Source: Paraspadella gotoi (Eukaryota > Animalia > Chaetognatha). From it: 64,000 nt of DNA. Below are positions 63,786 through 64,000 of this stretch, piece by piece. A program made the translations under genes and the position numbers. The DNA is taken from NCBI GenBank assembly GCA_051294375.1, contig CM119270.1:1397495-1461494 (forward strand), written 5' to 3'. The first letter of the stretch is position 1. Every line of letters starts with the position of its first letter. A model generated the notes under the pieces. That model was not told the DNA's origin. It made no database searches and saw only the letters and a program-made list of their open reading frames with translations.

Positions 63786-64000
63786 GCTCCCATTCGAGTT
63801 CCTTAGTTTTGTATGCGTATTCATATTTTGTAAAAAATAAGTTTCATTATTTCGAGGCGAGACAAATCTATTTATTACAATTTATGGAAGTGCTTCGGAA
63901 TTGTCGAATATCTAAAATTTTTAAATAGTTGTTAATTTATATTTCAAATATCTAAAAATTGGTTTCATTCAATATTCAAACAAATGTTAAAAGTATGACA

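Overview
Eukaryotic (most likely invertebrate animal) draft-genome scaffold. It is AT-rich, dense in (AG)n/(GAC)n microsatellites and has many N gaps. Seven gaps are exactly 25 N, and several noisy direct or inverted duplications look like raw long-read gap-filling, so most of the supplied ORF track is low-complexity noise. Real content read by eye: (1) a 4-exon EamA/SLC35G-like transporter gene on + (19450-22141); (2) a frameshift-riddled BEL/Pao LTR retrotransposon on - (~40440-46190) with gag zinc knuckles, protease, RT, RNase H and integrase, plus an unexplained ~0.85 kb insert inside RNase H; (3) at least six exons of a cysteine-rich Ephrin_rec_like (GCC2/GCC3) repeat gene on - (~52475-54667); (4) tRNA-Glu(CTC) and tRNA-Ala(AGC) on -; (5) several minisatellites and MITE-like foldbacks. 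The most notable items are a minimal Penelope-type hammerhead ribozyme motif sitting in the loop of a ~57-bp-arm hairpin (29060-29231) and a 30-bp minisatellite whose variation looks synonymous in a His/Asp-rich reading frame (13031-13836). All calls are manual; no database searches were run.
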